In this document: piece after piece, positions 1 through 12,700 of the stretch | Position numbering within the stretch: the first letter of the stretch is position 1 | Layout of the letters: the number at the start of each line of letters is the position of its first letter | DNA from: Oculina patagonica | Taxonomy: Eukaryota | DNA length: 64,000 nucleotides | Direction of reading: 5' to 3' | Assembly (NCBI RefSeq): GCF_052425735.1 | Contig: NC_135759.1 | Coordinates: forward strand, 33,170,001-33,234,000 | Notes under the pieces: model-generated | Database searches by the model: none | Seen by the model: only the letters and a program-made list of their open reading frames with translations | What the model was told of the DNA's origin: nothing | Program-made: the position numbers and the translations under genes

Positions 1-214
1 GTAAATTTCCATTTTTTGCTACACTCGCAATCCACGACCAAGCGAAGTCGCTCCATAACACAGTACGATCGAAAGTAGATTTTGTCCTGTACCAACATGC
101 CAAAGGAAATTTATCAGTTATCGATCAATTTTGAGGTCCTGAAGATCCCATTTCCACGATTTTCTTGTCTAGTTTTGTTCTGAGGATGCGTAACATTTTG
201 GGAGTAGAAATACA

Positions 215-375
215 TAACAAATGGCTGCCATTTTATCGTCTTCTTTGCAAATGAGGACACTCAAACTCAGGTGACTGTCGGCTTCACGACTTACATTACG
301 AAGGGTTGTCGAAGTTAACTAACGATCGAGAGTGCATTAGCCAATGTGTTTCCTGTGACTTAGTAACCAATCAAA
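215..375. promoter_or_regulatory. Candidate SETD3 promoter region
   Basis: Palindromic YY1-like AAATGGCTGCCATTTT near 219-234 and CCAAT boxes near 341 and 367, in a CpG-richer stretch about 450-600 bp upstream of the ATG. Confidence 0.3.
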
Positions 376-799
376 TTGCTCATTACAATAATGGGTCGAT
401 TAAATCCGCCTTGGCACATCTAGGTGTTAAATGCAGGGCCAATCTAATCGGCCCGTGGCACGTCTAGGGTTATAGCAACATCCCTGCTAGCTTACAACAT
501 ATGAACTTATCTAAAAGTACCTGGTACTAAACTGCAGGTATAATTATATAAATAAGCTATGTTTAACTTCTCTATGTACTGTATGTAATGCATTAACAAG
601 GACAACAAAGTTTATTAACATTCCCACTTACAGATGATATGATACAAAAAATCACATATATATTGGCTAAAGGTGAAAAAAATTGCTTTTAGCTCACAGC
701 TACATATATAGCAGAATGCGTGATTGATATTATATTAAAATACACAATGAAAATTGTTTATTTTCTTGTTGTATTAAGGATACAATATCACACTGAAGT

Positions 800-3700
800 A
801 TGGGAAAGAAAGGGAGAAGAAAAGCACAGCAGAGTCCTTCAGGAGCTCATGAACATGTCATTGATAAGGAGGTGCTGACTATTTGTCAAAAAATATTTGA
901 ACGTAAGTGATCTAACAACTTCAATTTGTACCTTAAATTGTATTGTACCAAGAAACAAACTAATTCAGACAATAGAAAGAGGATACTCGTTCACTAAATG
1001 CTTACATGTATGAGTTTAAAAATATATTAATACAGTGTTGTTATTTACCTACACTCAGCTGAGTGCAAATGTTTGAAAACAGTTGCAATGTAGTTGTTGT
1101 TAATTCTCTAATAACAGTATATACATAGTTTTTATAATGTGATCATCCAGGTGAAGTACAGTCGAACCTCTCCATATGGATACTTCCCTAATATGAACAG
1201 TAAAGTCAGTCCGAAAGAGATCAAACTGAATATAAACTCTACCACTGTTATACGGACACCTCTATAATACAGACACCTTTCCTTGTCCCTTAAGTGTCTG
1301 TATTAAAGTGCCTATGAAATGAAAACCAAGTTGAACTCATATGAAAGACCTTTCAAAATGGAGAAAGATGGTGTTTTCCTTTTCCTGATATCTTTTCTCG
1401 TTCCAGAGATATTCACGATTTTGTATTATGCAAATTAGATAACTGATGACGTCATAAGTTTGACAGTAATTGGTGTAAAAACACAAAATCAGTAATATCT
1501 CTGTAACTGCTAAAGCAAAGTAATTGAAACTTGGCACCAGTATTGTACCCTAAGGCCTTTCATATGAGTTCAACTTGGTTTTCATTTCATAGGCACTTTA
1601 AGGAGGTTCTGAAAAGAACTACTGATACCCGTGGGCTCAAACCATTTACTGTGTTTTCATAACAGTTACACCCTGCTGAGTGTAGTTAAAGAGGTCAAAT
1701 TAAAAGATTCTGGAGTGATGCATCCAATCGCAGTCTCTAAATAGTTTGTTTATCTGTGTCTTGCTAAAATCTAATCATTTTTTATAATTAAATAAATTAG
1801 TAGAATAGAGTGAAAAAGACACAAACTTATAAAAAAACACTTTGGACATCTTTTTATTATTGAAAGCTAGTTGAAGACAAAACTAAATTCCTTAATTTGT
1901 ATTGTTCAGGAAATTAATTATTTCCCCTTGATAATATGAAAAACGTGGACACACTGTTTTGTTTTGAATTGATGCAAGATACATTTATTGACATGAACAT
2001 TGATTTTTTTAAAAATGGTCCTCCTTCATGCTAGCTATCACTTGTTGATATACATCGACTTGAAGCTTTGCTGTATGATCAAATAAAATAAAGTAATGTC
2101 TTGTTATTGCCAGTTATATCTCTAGAAACACCTGTACTGCCAGCAAAGCAATGGGAAGAACATCTTAAGCTTCGTGAAATGGTTGAAAAGATTAGAGAAA
2201 GGCAAGCTGGTGGGTGTAATAACAAAGAAATTGTAATTCACAAATATAACTTGTAAAAAAATTATGAACCAGAACTTTGTTAACAGACTGGTTCTATTTT
2301 GTTTGTTCACTTTTCACATTATGGAATATGCACTTTGAATAATGTCATTGTGTTGCTCCAGAAAATAACCATGCATACTCCCCCATGAAGGGTTTTTGGT
2401 TTGAATCTCTCAGCCCTCTGGAAATTTCAGTTCAGCTTTGATACTTTAATTTGTTTAAAAAAAATTGTCCTTTAAGATGGTCACCCCCTCTCCCTCAGAA
2501 TTTCCAGTGACCCTTCATGGGGTGGTAAAAATATTTTCTGGAACCACAAATTGACCTATGTACAAACTTAACACAGTCTGTGCACAAAATAACATTTTTA
2601 TTTTACCATTTAACTGTCAATAAGCGAACCTTTAAATTACACCACCAATAAAAATGTTTGTTTAATTACACTCAAACCCAATATCATTATGTACAGTACT
2701 GCAGAGATGCAAACTTAAAAAAACAAACAAACCCAGGAGATCACCAATTTTGTTGCGACTCCAAAAGATGATGACCAAATGGCTGTTTTTGCCAAAGCAT
2801 AAACTGGAGTTAATGTTTAGCTCAATTAAACCTTGCTCTCCCCGTGGATGTGTTTTTCCGGCAATCTGTACCCCGCTCTTTGTACCGTAAACATGTACTT
2901 GTATCTCCCTCTATTTATACTGGCCAATGAATGATAAGCTTGCACGCATTCACAGATTGTCGGCCAATCAGATCCACACAGCCTTCCCCTGTTTACTCTT
3001 GTGATCACAGACGATCTTCACTTGCAATTCAGTTAAGCTGCTGGACTCAAGCGTTTATTTCCCCACCCACCCTCCGCATTTATCTCATAGCTCTACTGTT
3101 GCCACTCAGACAAAGCATTTCTTACAAGTAGGCTACTAGTTTACATCTGTTTCATTTGTGCTGTTATATCCAGTTTATCTATAGTTTATATATATATAAA
3201 AAAAAGCGATTTTTGTAATACCATTTTAGTTGTTGTTGTTCTTTAATAAACGGTTTGGGGGATAAGTGTTGCTGGCGACAACCCTTCAGTCCCACACTGA
3301 AGCTATGCCTGGGTTGCCTTAGCTTGGGTGAGAAACGGTGGACACATCCACTTCCCCTCGCTACCATCCCTCCAGGAGCTTGGCATAGGTACACGCCACC
3401 CTGCCTCTGTGCCCCGTGACACCCATCTCACGGTCTTATATGCCACTCGCTGACACTAGCCCCGAGTACTGGCCTCGCCCATGGCAGGCAGCTCTCGGGT
3501 CCAGGACAACACTTATTCCCCCTACCTTTCTCCCACATAAACGGTGTCCTTTCGATTGTGCGTGACATTAATAAGTTGTTATACTAATTCAACTATGAAA
3601 CACTAATTCAATCATCCAAATTTTCCCCCAAAATTGCCAAAATTAGGTGTGGAAATATGAACTTTAAGCACGTTCTTTGATTCATCTTGGTATTTGGGAG

Positions 3701-6700
3701 ATGTGACAAATTATCCAGCAGACAAGGTGATTCTGTGATTTCTGATTAGCAGCCTGCTCCCAACTCTTCTGGATCAGAAGATTAGAGTTGGCATACGTGC
3801 AGATGATTGCATTGTATTTTAAAGGGCCTACACTGTACGTAATATGTATAATAAAATCAATCTTGTTTTGCAGACCTCACATTGTTTGAAAAATCAGATC
3901 ACTCCAGAAAAGATCACATTTCAAGTTTTGTCCAGTGGTTTAACGAGAATGGTGGCAAAGCGGAGCATGTGGTAATTGATGACTTTGGTCAACAAGGTTT
4001 AGGTCTTAAAGCTGTCAGTGACATTAAGGTAATTTGTCTTTCTTTTTTATGTTCAGTGACAAGTATTACATGTCGAATTCATTTGTTTTTGCTGGGAGAC
4101 ATCAGACATTATTATTATCTTTTCAAAACACAGTCTGGTAATTCATTTTTGTGTTCTGCTGCTATTATGCCAAATAGCATAATGCCAAGCAGAACATATT
4201 GCTATCGAAGTCCTGAGGGAATGGAATGTATAAAACAATAGAAAGATGTAACAATAGGAGTCTGTAACAATAGATAGCAGATACTTTCCTATTTGTAGAC
4301 TTAGTAAAAAGGTATACCTATCATTTAAATTTGCTATCTTAACAATCAACTAGTCTACATCATAAAAATAAACAAAAATCAAAAAAATTCTCGGTTTCTG
4401 ATATAAAAAAAGTGCGTGTAAATACAAAATTTGTAACAAAAGAGCGTAACAATGGGGAGCCCAGGCTCCTGCTAAGAGCTCTCTGTCCCGCTATATTAGT
4501 ACGTGTGTGTACTACGGGTTTCAGCTGCTTTCAGAGTTGTGGTTCGTGACGTACGTAGTGGTCGCTAGCGATGACGAATACGCGATCAGCCTTTTTTTCC
4601 GTTGAGTGAAAAAAATAAACCCTCACCGCCCGTTAGCTAACGTGAAAAAAAAAATAACCAAAGATACCATCCTGTATACGTCCGAGTGAAAGCATAACGA
4701 GCTATCGACAGAAAAAAGAATATTGGATTGTTTTCAGTTTGCACGTTTGCTATTTATACGCGCTGAAACAGACCTTATTGTGGTTTGTGACGTACGCAGC
4801 GGTAGCTGGCATGTTGCTTTGCATGCACAAGGGTTACGACTTTTAAAGGTTTCAAATGTCATAATAACTTACGTGACGAATTATCTTTGTGTAAGCCGAA
4901 AAACCGAAGACAGTTATCAATGTTGATACGTTATGCCAGCAGAACACACGGACCCATTAGGGCCCTATTTTTAAAAACAAATTATCTTTCATTTGTCAGT
5001 TATAGTTCATGCTATGTAAACCAAGGTTAGTTTTTACAGCATATTGCAGGCTACGTAAAAACATTAAGTGAAGTGAATTTTATAAAATAATAAAAATAAA
5101 AATAATTATACAAATAATAATAATTTAATAGCTTCTAAGGAGCGTACTATATGACGAAATGACCCTATGCGCATTACAAGTTATTGAGAAAAACTAACTT
5201 GATCTATTTTTTTCCATTAGTCGGGAGAGCTTTTCATCACCATACCAAGAAAATTGATGCTATCAGCAGAGACTGCAAGAAATTCAGAACTAGGTAATGT
5301 TTAGATGGATGTTGATTGTTAAGCCACTGTAGTCTTGAAAGTGAGGACCCTAATTACATTTTGGGTTTATAGTATTCTTTTCTTGTGACTTACCGGTAAT
5401 TCTTTCTGAGAGCACAACCTTTAGGGGGTGATGCTACTTTCTGGTAGCTAAAACCTGTACCATATCTGGGCCAATCAATAATCTTGAATAGTATTTATTT
5501 TACCTTGCAATCCTCTGTAGGTAGCAATTAAGTATTTATGCCCCTGTTTTTCACTTTTTATTGCAGGACCTTTGATTGAAAAGGACAATATTCTGAGAGT
5601 AATGCAAAATGCCTGCCTAGTTCTTCATGTGTACTGTGAAAAACTCAAGGAGAACTCTTTTTGGAAGCCATATCTTGGTATCCTTTAGAGGATGACACTT
5701 ACTGGTAAACGTTGTTGTGGTTTACAAGTGGGTCAATTGATAAAGATATTTTTAAACTCTGGGAATAGTACTTTCCCCAGGAAATTATATTTTTAAATGC
5801 TCAACCTTGTTCCCAGGCCCTCTCTCCTTTTCATTTAAAGGGACTGTGTCACGAATTTTTGCCAAATTAGGTCATGGGAAAATGACCTTCACGTTTAGTG
5901 AAATATAAAAATAACCCCCTAAAACAGTGAAGGGACATTTCGATAGCACAGTAAATACAAAAGAAGGTACGGATGGCCAGAAATGACGAAGATTGAAACG
6001 GATTGCGATATGGGTTTTTGAAAAATGGTCCGGCGGAACAGTTTTCAAAGTTAATCTCGTTTGCTTGTAACTTTAAATTTTATCGCCCGAGAGACAAAGT
6101 TGGATATAATGAAGCTATGGTTTTGTCATTTAGATACATAGAAGTAACTCCTTTGAAACATTAGGATTCATAGCGAGTATTTGGCAAAACTAAATAAAAT
6201 AAACTTCAATCAGCCGTGACACAGTCCCTTTAAGCTCTGTGAAATATAAAATTCCCTTAACTTGTAGTTGTATTGTAGATATTCTTCCAACTTCATATTC
6301 AACTACTTTGTACTTCACTGTTGACGAGATGCAAGCACTGAAAGGATCTCCAGCATTTGGTAGGAAATTCTAAATTACAAAAGGTTCAAACCTTTGAATG
6401 CAAGTGTATGTTTTTCTCTTACCGTACATTGTATTTCATGTTCCTTTCGTCAGTATACTGTTATCCTAAATCATTACTTTGTGTTGTTGTTTATAATATT
6501 TTTACTGAGCAGGCATCCATGGACTAGCTAGCCTGTTCCAGGCATTGAGTTCACCCCTGGTTTCTCTATTCATCTTTCAATGCCTGGAACAGGCTATCCA
6601 TGTAGCAGGTACTGCCTTTTATTTTAGGGTGATTTAAGTTTTATTCTGGGATGAATTTTCATTCTGTAACAAAAATCGTGACCCGGTACAACACCTGGAG

Positions 6701-9700
6701 TGAACCTGCACCGGTGTGACTCGCTCTGGTATGACATTTTGTGCTGGTATAATTTAAACACAAGAGGGACCTGGGATAAATGTCATCCCTGTATCATGTA
6801 AAGCAGCATCTTTTGACTAGTGATTTACATACATGTACATGTTATAATAATTATTCACCAACATTCAGATTCTAAATGACTCTAAATGATCGTTTTTTAG
6901 GTGAGGCTCTCAAGTTATACCGAAATATTGCACGCCAATATGCGTATCTTTATCAACGACTTCAGCATGTAAGTCCAGCACATCAAATACTTTTTTCAAG
7001 CTTTGTTTATACAGCTCTTTTAAGCTTTGTCAAGTAAAAGTGCCACTTACTGGTAAATATTAAAGTAGCTATACGTTACCAATGGCGCATCTTAAAAAAA
7101 TTGGGCATTTTTTTTTTTCAAATTTGTCGTTTGTAATCCATCTTAATCTTCCCCAGTCATAACCATCCCTGTTTATTTTTGCTTGCTGTTACTTTTTTGT
7201 ATTCTTCTGTGTAAACACAACTTTTATACATTTGTTAACAGGTTTGTCCTGAAAAAGACAAGATCCCAATGAGCGGAAAGAATTTTACCTTTGATGACCA
7301 CAGGTAAATACTGTATAAAGTACAGTAATTATCATTGATTCCTTTCCCCTTCCTTTTAATTGGTCGAGAGCCCACCATGTGATCTTTCCTTTATAAAATT
7401 ACCTTTTTTAGCTCATTCTCCAGAATGAGTAATAGAGTGATACAGATGTTGACGGAAGTCTGCGTGTACAAAAATTGTGTGGACGGAAGTGATACAGATG
7501 TTGACGGAAGTGTGCGTGTACAAAAATTGTGTGGACGGAAGTGATACAGATGTTGACGGAAGTGTGCGTGTACAAAAACTGTGTGGACGGAAGTGATACA
7601 GATGTTGGCGGAAGTGTGCGTGTACAAAAATTGTGTGGACGGAAGTGATACAGATGTTGACGGAAGTGTGCGTGTACAAAAATTGTGTGGACGGAAGTGA
7701 TACAGATGTTGACGGAAGTCTGCGTGTACAAAAAATGTGTGGACGGAAGTTGTAGAACGGAAGTAATTTTATATGCTACCCCTGCCCCCTTAGTAACGCC
7801 AAAAATAACTCCAGTGAAGCTCAGATGCAAATGTGAAAAGAAATGAAATCATTGTATAGTGTAATAAATAAATTAACATCAAATCACATTTCGGAACTTT
7901 TAAAAAGGGAAACGTGTATCACAAAGTCGAAATGTTGACAACCTGGGGGTTTATTTTATCATGTGCTGACACACGTAATCAAGGTTCATTTTAACGTGCA
8001 CTGTTACACGCAATGAAGTTCCGCCAGGCAGCCGGAAGTAAATTTAATACGCTGCCCCTCTCCTATTGTTGAGATTCTACATCTACATTTAATTTGGTCG
8101 GTTAAAATCTAGAGATATCACGCCAAGGTTTCTTCATGGAACTTATTTTTAACTTTTACTATGGAGTTACGCTTGCCATATGACTCGTCTAAATAAACGT
8201 TTATAAAGCTCACTGATAAAAACACGACATCCGAGCAGCACGTTTTTGTTTTCTGTCACGTCATCTCATTTCCCGTGACTCACGTCATCCGTTTCAGTAC
8301 ACGACGTGTTCGTGTGCATCTTTCTCTCAAATTTCATTCGCTGCTCAATCCATGAACAATGATTGTCACTGCCCGGTAGATGCGTGCTGACAGAAAGGTT
8401 ATTCAAAACGCAATTCAGTAATTTAAAACGGTAACAAATATTCATTTCATTTCTTTTCACATGTGTATCTGAACTTCGTGGAAGATGTGAATTATTTACA
8501 CACTATCCAACCAGAAGAAAGCTCGTAACCACAATGTCCACACGTTTTAGCAGTAAAAACATGTTCTTCAAATATCGAAATTATATTTGTCAAGAAGACG
8601 AAAAGCTTTGCAGTTTAATTACACAATAGAAATACCAAACGACTGCGATCCTTCTAAGATCGATTAAAACGATGTATTGGTGAAAAATATTGTGAACAGT
8701 GTGAAAGCCCTTTCCGTGTTTAATTGTTATGTAAATATTCTAGCTTTTCTGTCTATGTTGTTGTTGACTTTGTACATTTTCCATCAATAATAGCGCTAAG
8801 AAGAGCAAACAAGACAGGATGTCTTCGGATGTCTCGTGTTTGCTGGCACAGAAGGGTAAAGTAATGTGCATGCATGCAAAAAACTTGACTGTTTCGCACT
8901 TCCTCCCCGCGTAATACTGATTCTCGACCTAGAATCTTCTCTTCTTATCATTTATAGCTTTATTATGCTTATCGTACCGCGATCCGGAAACGAAATACTA
9001 TTTCTTTTTTAAATAACTGCTTGTGGACTTTTACGTAGCGGGGAATGGGGCCATGTAAAATTACTTCCGGCTGCCTCAATGGACTTGATCGCTTGTGTCA
9101 GCGGGTGTTAAAATACGTGAAAATACGTTTAGGGTCCCTAAGGTCTAAACAGCTCGGCAACTTGATTCACGTTGCACCATTTTTAGAAGTTGTGAAATTG
9201 TGATTTCATTTCTTTTCACATGCGTAACTGATTTTGACTTTACAGGTGACTGTACTTGACTTAAGTGGACTGTACCAGTACATTTTCATTACCCACCACC
9301 ACTCCCAAACCATACCCCCCCCCCCCCCGAAAAAGGCAGAAGAATGAGCTGGCTCTAAGTGCCCTTTGATTTTAATACTGTGTGTGTGTGTTTTTTATAA
9401 CGAAATTATTAAAACCCCTTGCAAGCTTAATCATGAATTTAATATGATAATAACCGCATATGCTATGCACTGAAAAAGAAGAGCTAGGCACCGAAAGGAA
9501 AACTTTGGACTAATTTAAATACTTTATATTCTCTTTAATTAATAAAAGAGCTAAAGATAATAAATATTGTCACCAGTAAGTTGTTTTACATGTACCTAAA
9601 AAGAAACAAAAAAAAACTGTAAAATTAATAGTGCTGGCAGTAATTATTATTGAATGTACTCACTATTGAATTCGTTTTCTTTGTGTAAAAAATTTTCATT

Positions 9701-12700
9701 GTAAGTAGCGTATCGTTTATGTACTGTATGTTTTTTTTGTGTGTAAATGCATTATTTAAAAAGAAAAAAAAAAGAAAAACTAATGGTCTGATCATGTGCA
9801 TTATTGCCTGAGGTGTTTTTGTTTATTTTAAAGCTGATGTTTTAACCGTGTTAAAATAAAAATTAGCTGTTGCAGATAACATTCTGCTCATGTGTAGGTG
9901 TGTCAAGTTTAAAGGGACTATGTCACGGCTAAGTTAATCTTATGTAATTAAATTTTGCCAAATATTCGCTATGAAACTAAATGTTTGCAAAGAAATTAAT
10001 TCTTTGATACTAAATGACAAAACCATAGCTTCCTTGCAGCTAAATGTGTCTCCCGGGCGTCATAAATTAAAGTTACAAGCAGACAAGATTAACTTTCAAA
10101 AGCCCACATCGCAATCCGTTTCAATCTTCGACACTTTTGGCCATCCGTACCTTCTTTTGCATTTGGTGTGTTATTTAAATATTCCTTCACTGTTTTAAGA
10201 GGTTATTTTATACATTTAAACAAATTTGATGGTCATTTCCTATGCCTAAGTTTGGCTAAAATCTGTGACACGGTCCCTTTAAGAAAAATGGCAGCTGGTT
10301 TTCCAGAGTTTTAAAACGATTTAAAATGTTTTCTAGACAAAAAACAAGCTCAGTGATCAAACGGTACAACAGTGTTTGAACTTGTTTATAGCAACCCTGA
10401 TTTGTTAGTGTCGGGCGGTATATGCCTTTATAGCCTTCAGCTGTGGCAAATAATTGATCTGCTCACCACTGACAACTTACAATATTTTGCTCAACCTCAT
10501 CCAATAATTTTTGTTAAATATTTGCACATGTAGCCGTTTGTTTTTAATTATTTGTTTCTTTCTCCTTATGTGACTGTTGTTTACATTGCAGATGGGCAGT
10601 ATCAACTGTTATAACTCGTCAAAACAAGATTCCAAGTACCACAGGTGAACCAACCCTGGCACTTATTCCAATGTGGGACATGTGCAACCACTGTAATGGC
10701 ACGGTATGTGTATAGACTTGATAAAAACGAATGTGTTCTTTGCAGTTGTGTCTGAGAAACCAATGTTGATGCAGTTTAAACATGAAGTTCCTCCCACATT
10801 TTACACCCTTTTCACCTTTTCATAGCATCATATTGCGGTGTCAAGCTTCCTTCAAACTAAATCTCAGCAAACCAAATGGTATAATTTTTATTGACAAAAA
10901 GTATAACTTGTTAGTGTTCTAACATGACATTCTCAGCAAGAATGAAACTAGTTAATTTTTTCAGTAATTGTCGTAGAAAAAAACCCATGTTGTTTGTCAG
11001 CTGTTTACGTTTGGTGGTTGACTCACAACTGGGCATGAGCCGGAATCTCTCTTCTCCGCAGAGGTCTCTTTGGTGTTTCGTACAGGCTGGGAAATGGGGA
11101 GAGGAACGGGGAGAGGTGAAAAGTAAGCGCGCGGAGCCTGGAGAGAATCGAAACCAAAGCACGCGGGTGACACTGGGAAGGGGAAAGGAAAAGAGCGCTC
11201 CTTCGCCCTTCCCGTCTTCCCCCGGGCTCCCCCTATTTTTCATTTTTCGTGTTTTCACCTCCCTCCCCCCGTGTTTTTTCACCTTCCCCCACGAAAGAGG
11301 CCTCTGCGGAGGAGAGAGAGCCGGAATGACCACCCCCTTTTATACAGGAACTTACAGGTTGACTCTTTTTGAGAGCAGAGAGACAAAGCACCCACATGTC
11401 GACCAGACCCATTTTGAAAGGGGTACAACTTTCTACGAAAGGTGTATAAAAGGGTAACCTTTTCTGTCAAGAGTGGTATAGTTAAGGGTAAGGGTTTGGA
11501 TCTCAGGGCGGATCCTCCCTGTATGGTATTTTGTTGAGTAACCCCTCCCTGGAAGTGGCTTCAAGTTGTGTTAAGAGCAATGACTTCTAATGCAACATGA
11601 TGCAACATGACTGTACAGCATCTTCACCTATTCTTATACTAGCAACAAGGGCAACCAATGATTTTTCATCGTCCTTTTTGTACCCAGATAACGACTGGCT
11701 ATGATATGGCGGAAGACAGTTGCAAAAGCCTGTCTGTGAAGGACTTCAAGGCCGGTGAACAAGTGTGTATATTTTACGGAGAGCGCTCCAACGCGGATCT
11801 GTTGGTTCATAATGGGTTTGTCTTTGAGGACAACATACACGATAAAGTTGCCATTCAGCTGGGTGTCAGTAGGAGTGACCCACTGTTTCAGATGAAGGAA
11901 AAACTACTGGCACTTATGGGAATGACTGCGTAAGTTTTTTGGTTTCCCTTTTGCTCTGAGACTGATAGACTTGCTAATGCCGACCAATGGATTAACATTG
12001 TAGCTTAGCGTTTAAATTCTTAACTTACATTTCAATTTTAAATTAGGTTTTAACTAGTTTTAAAATTAGATTATTGTTTATAGTAGAGTTTTAACTTTTA
12101 GTACATTTAAGAGGACCACAAATTTGTTAGTTGAAAAACTATTACGTGTCACTCTCGATAAATAAAGTTTTGATTGACCTTTGGCAACGAGTCGGATCAC
12201 GAATGCGCGGCATACAAGTAACGAGGTCCCGAGCGAGTGAGCTATAAAGCACAAGAGGTCATATTGGAAAAGCAATGCTGGAAGAGATTTTTAGAAAGTC
12301 TTCTGCGTTGAGGACACCTAAAATTGTCTTGGCCGGAGCGGTGTTTCATTCACTGCAGTGAGGCTAAAATGAAATCAATCGACACAATGCAACAAACTAG
12401 CCAAGACACAAAGTGATAAGTCAAGGTTTTAAATGACAGATGTTAGCAAAAAGGGGGGGGGGGGGGGGGGGGGCTGCACTTCCCCCCTCTTAATTGGCCA
12501 TTTCCGAGTTACCCTTTGCCTCTGTTTTATATCGGGTCTACGTGCGAAACCATTCAAATGAAAATAAGTTAAAGTGTATGAAAATCGACCTGTATGTGAA
12601 ACTCATTTTCATATGAATGGTTTCACACGTAGACTCGTTTTAAAACAGAGGCAAAGGGTGACTCGGAAATGGCCTATTTGCCTATGACTAATTAGTTTGC

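Noticed and set aside
1-240. Divergent gene start upstream of SETD3
   Set aside because: The - strand ATG frames stop within about 35 codons or run off the window; there is no recognisable product.
7391-7830. Repetitive ORFs or a CRISPR-like array
   Set aside because: A head-to-tail 52-bp minisatellite with no unique spacers, in a eukaryotic intron, with no cas genes.
10911-11470. 140-177 aa ORFs in SETD3 intron 9
   Set aside because: They overlap a MITE and other repeat remnants and show no recognisable protein features.
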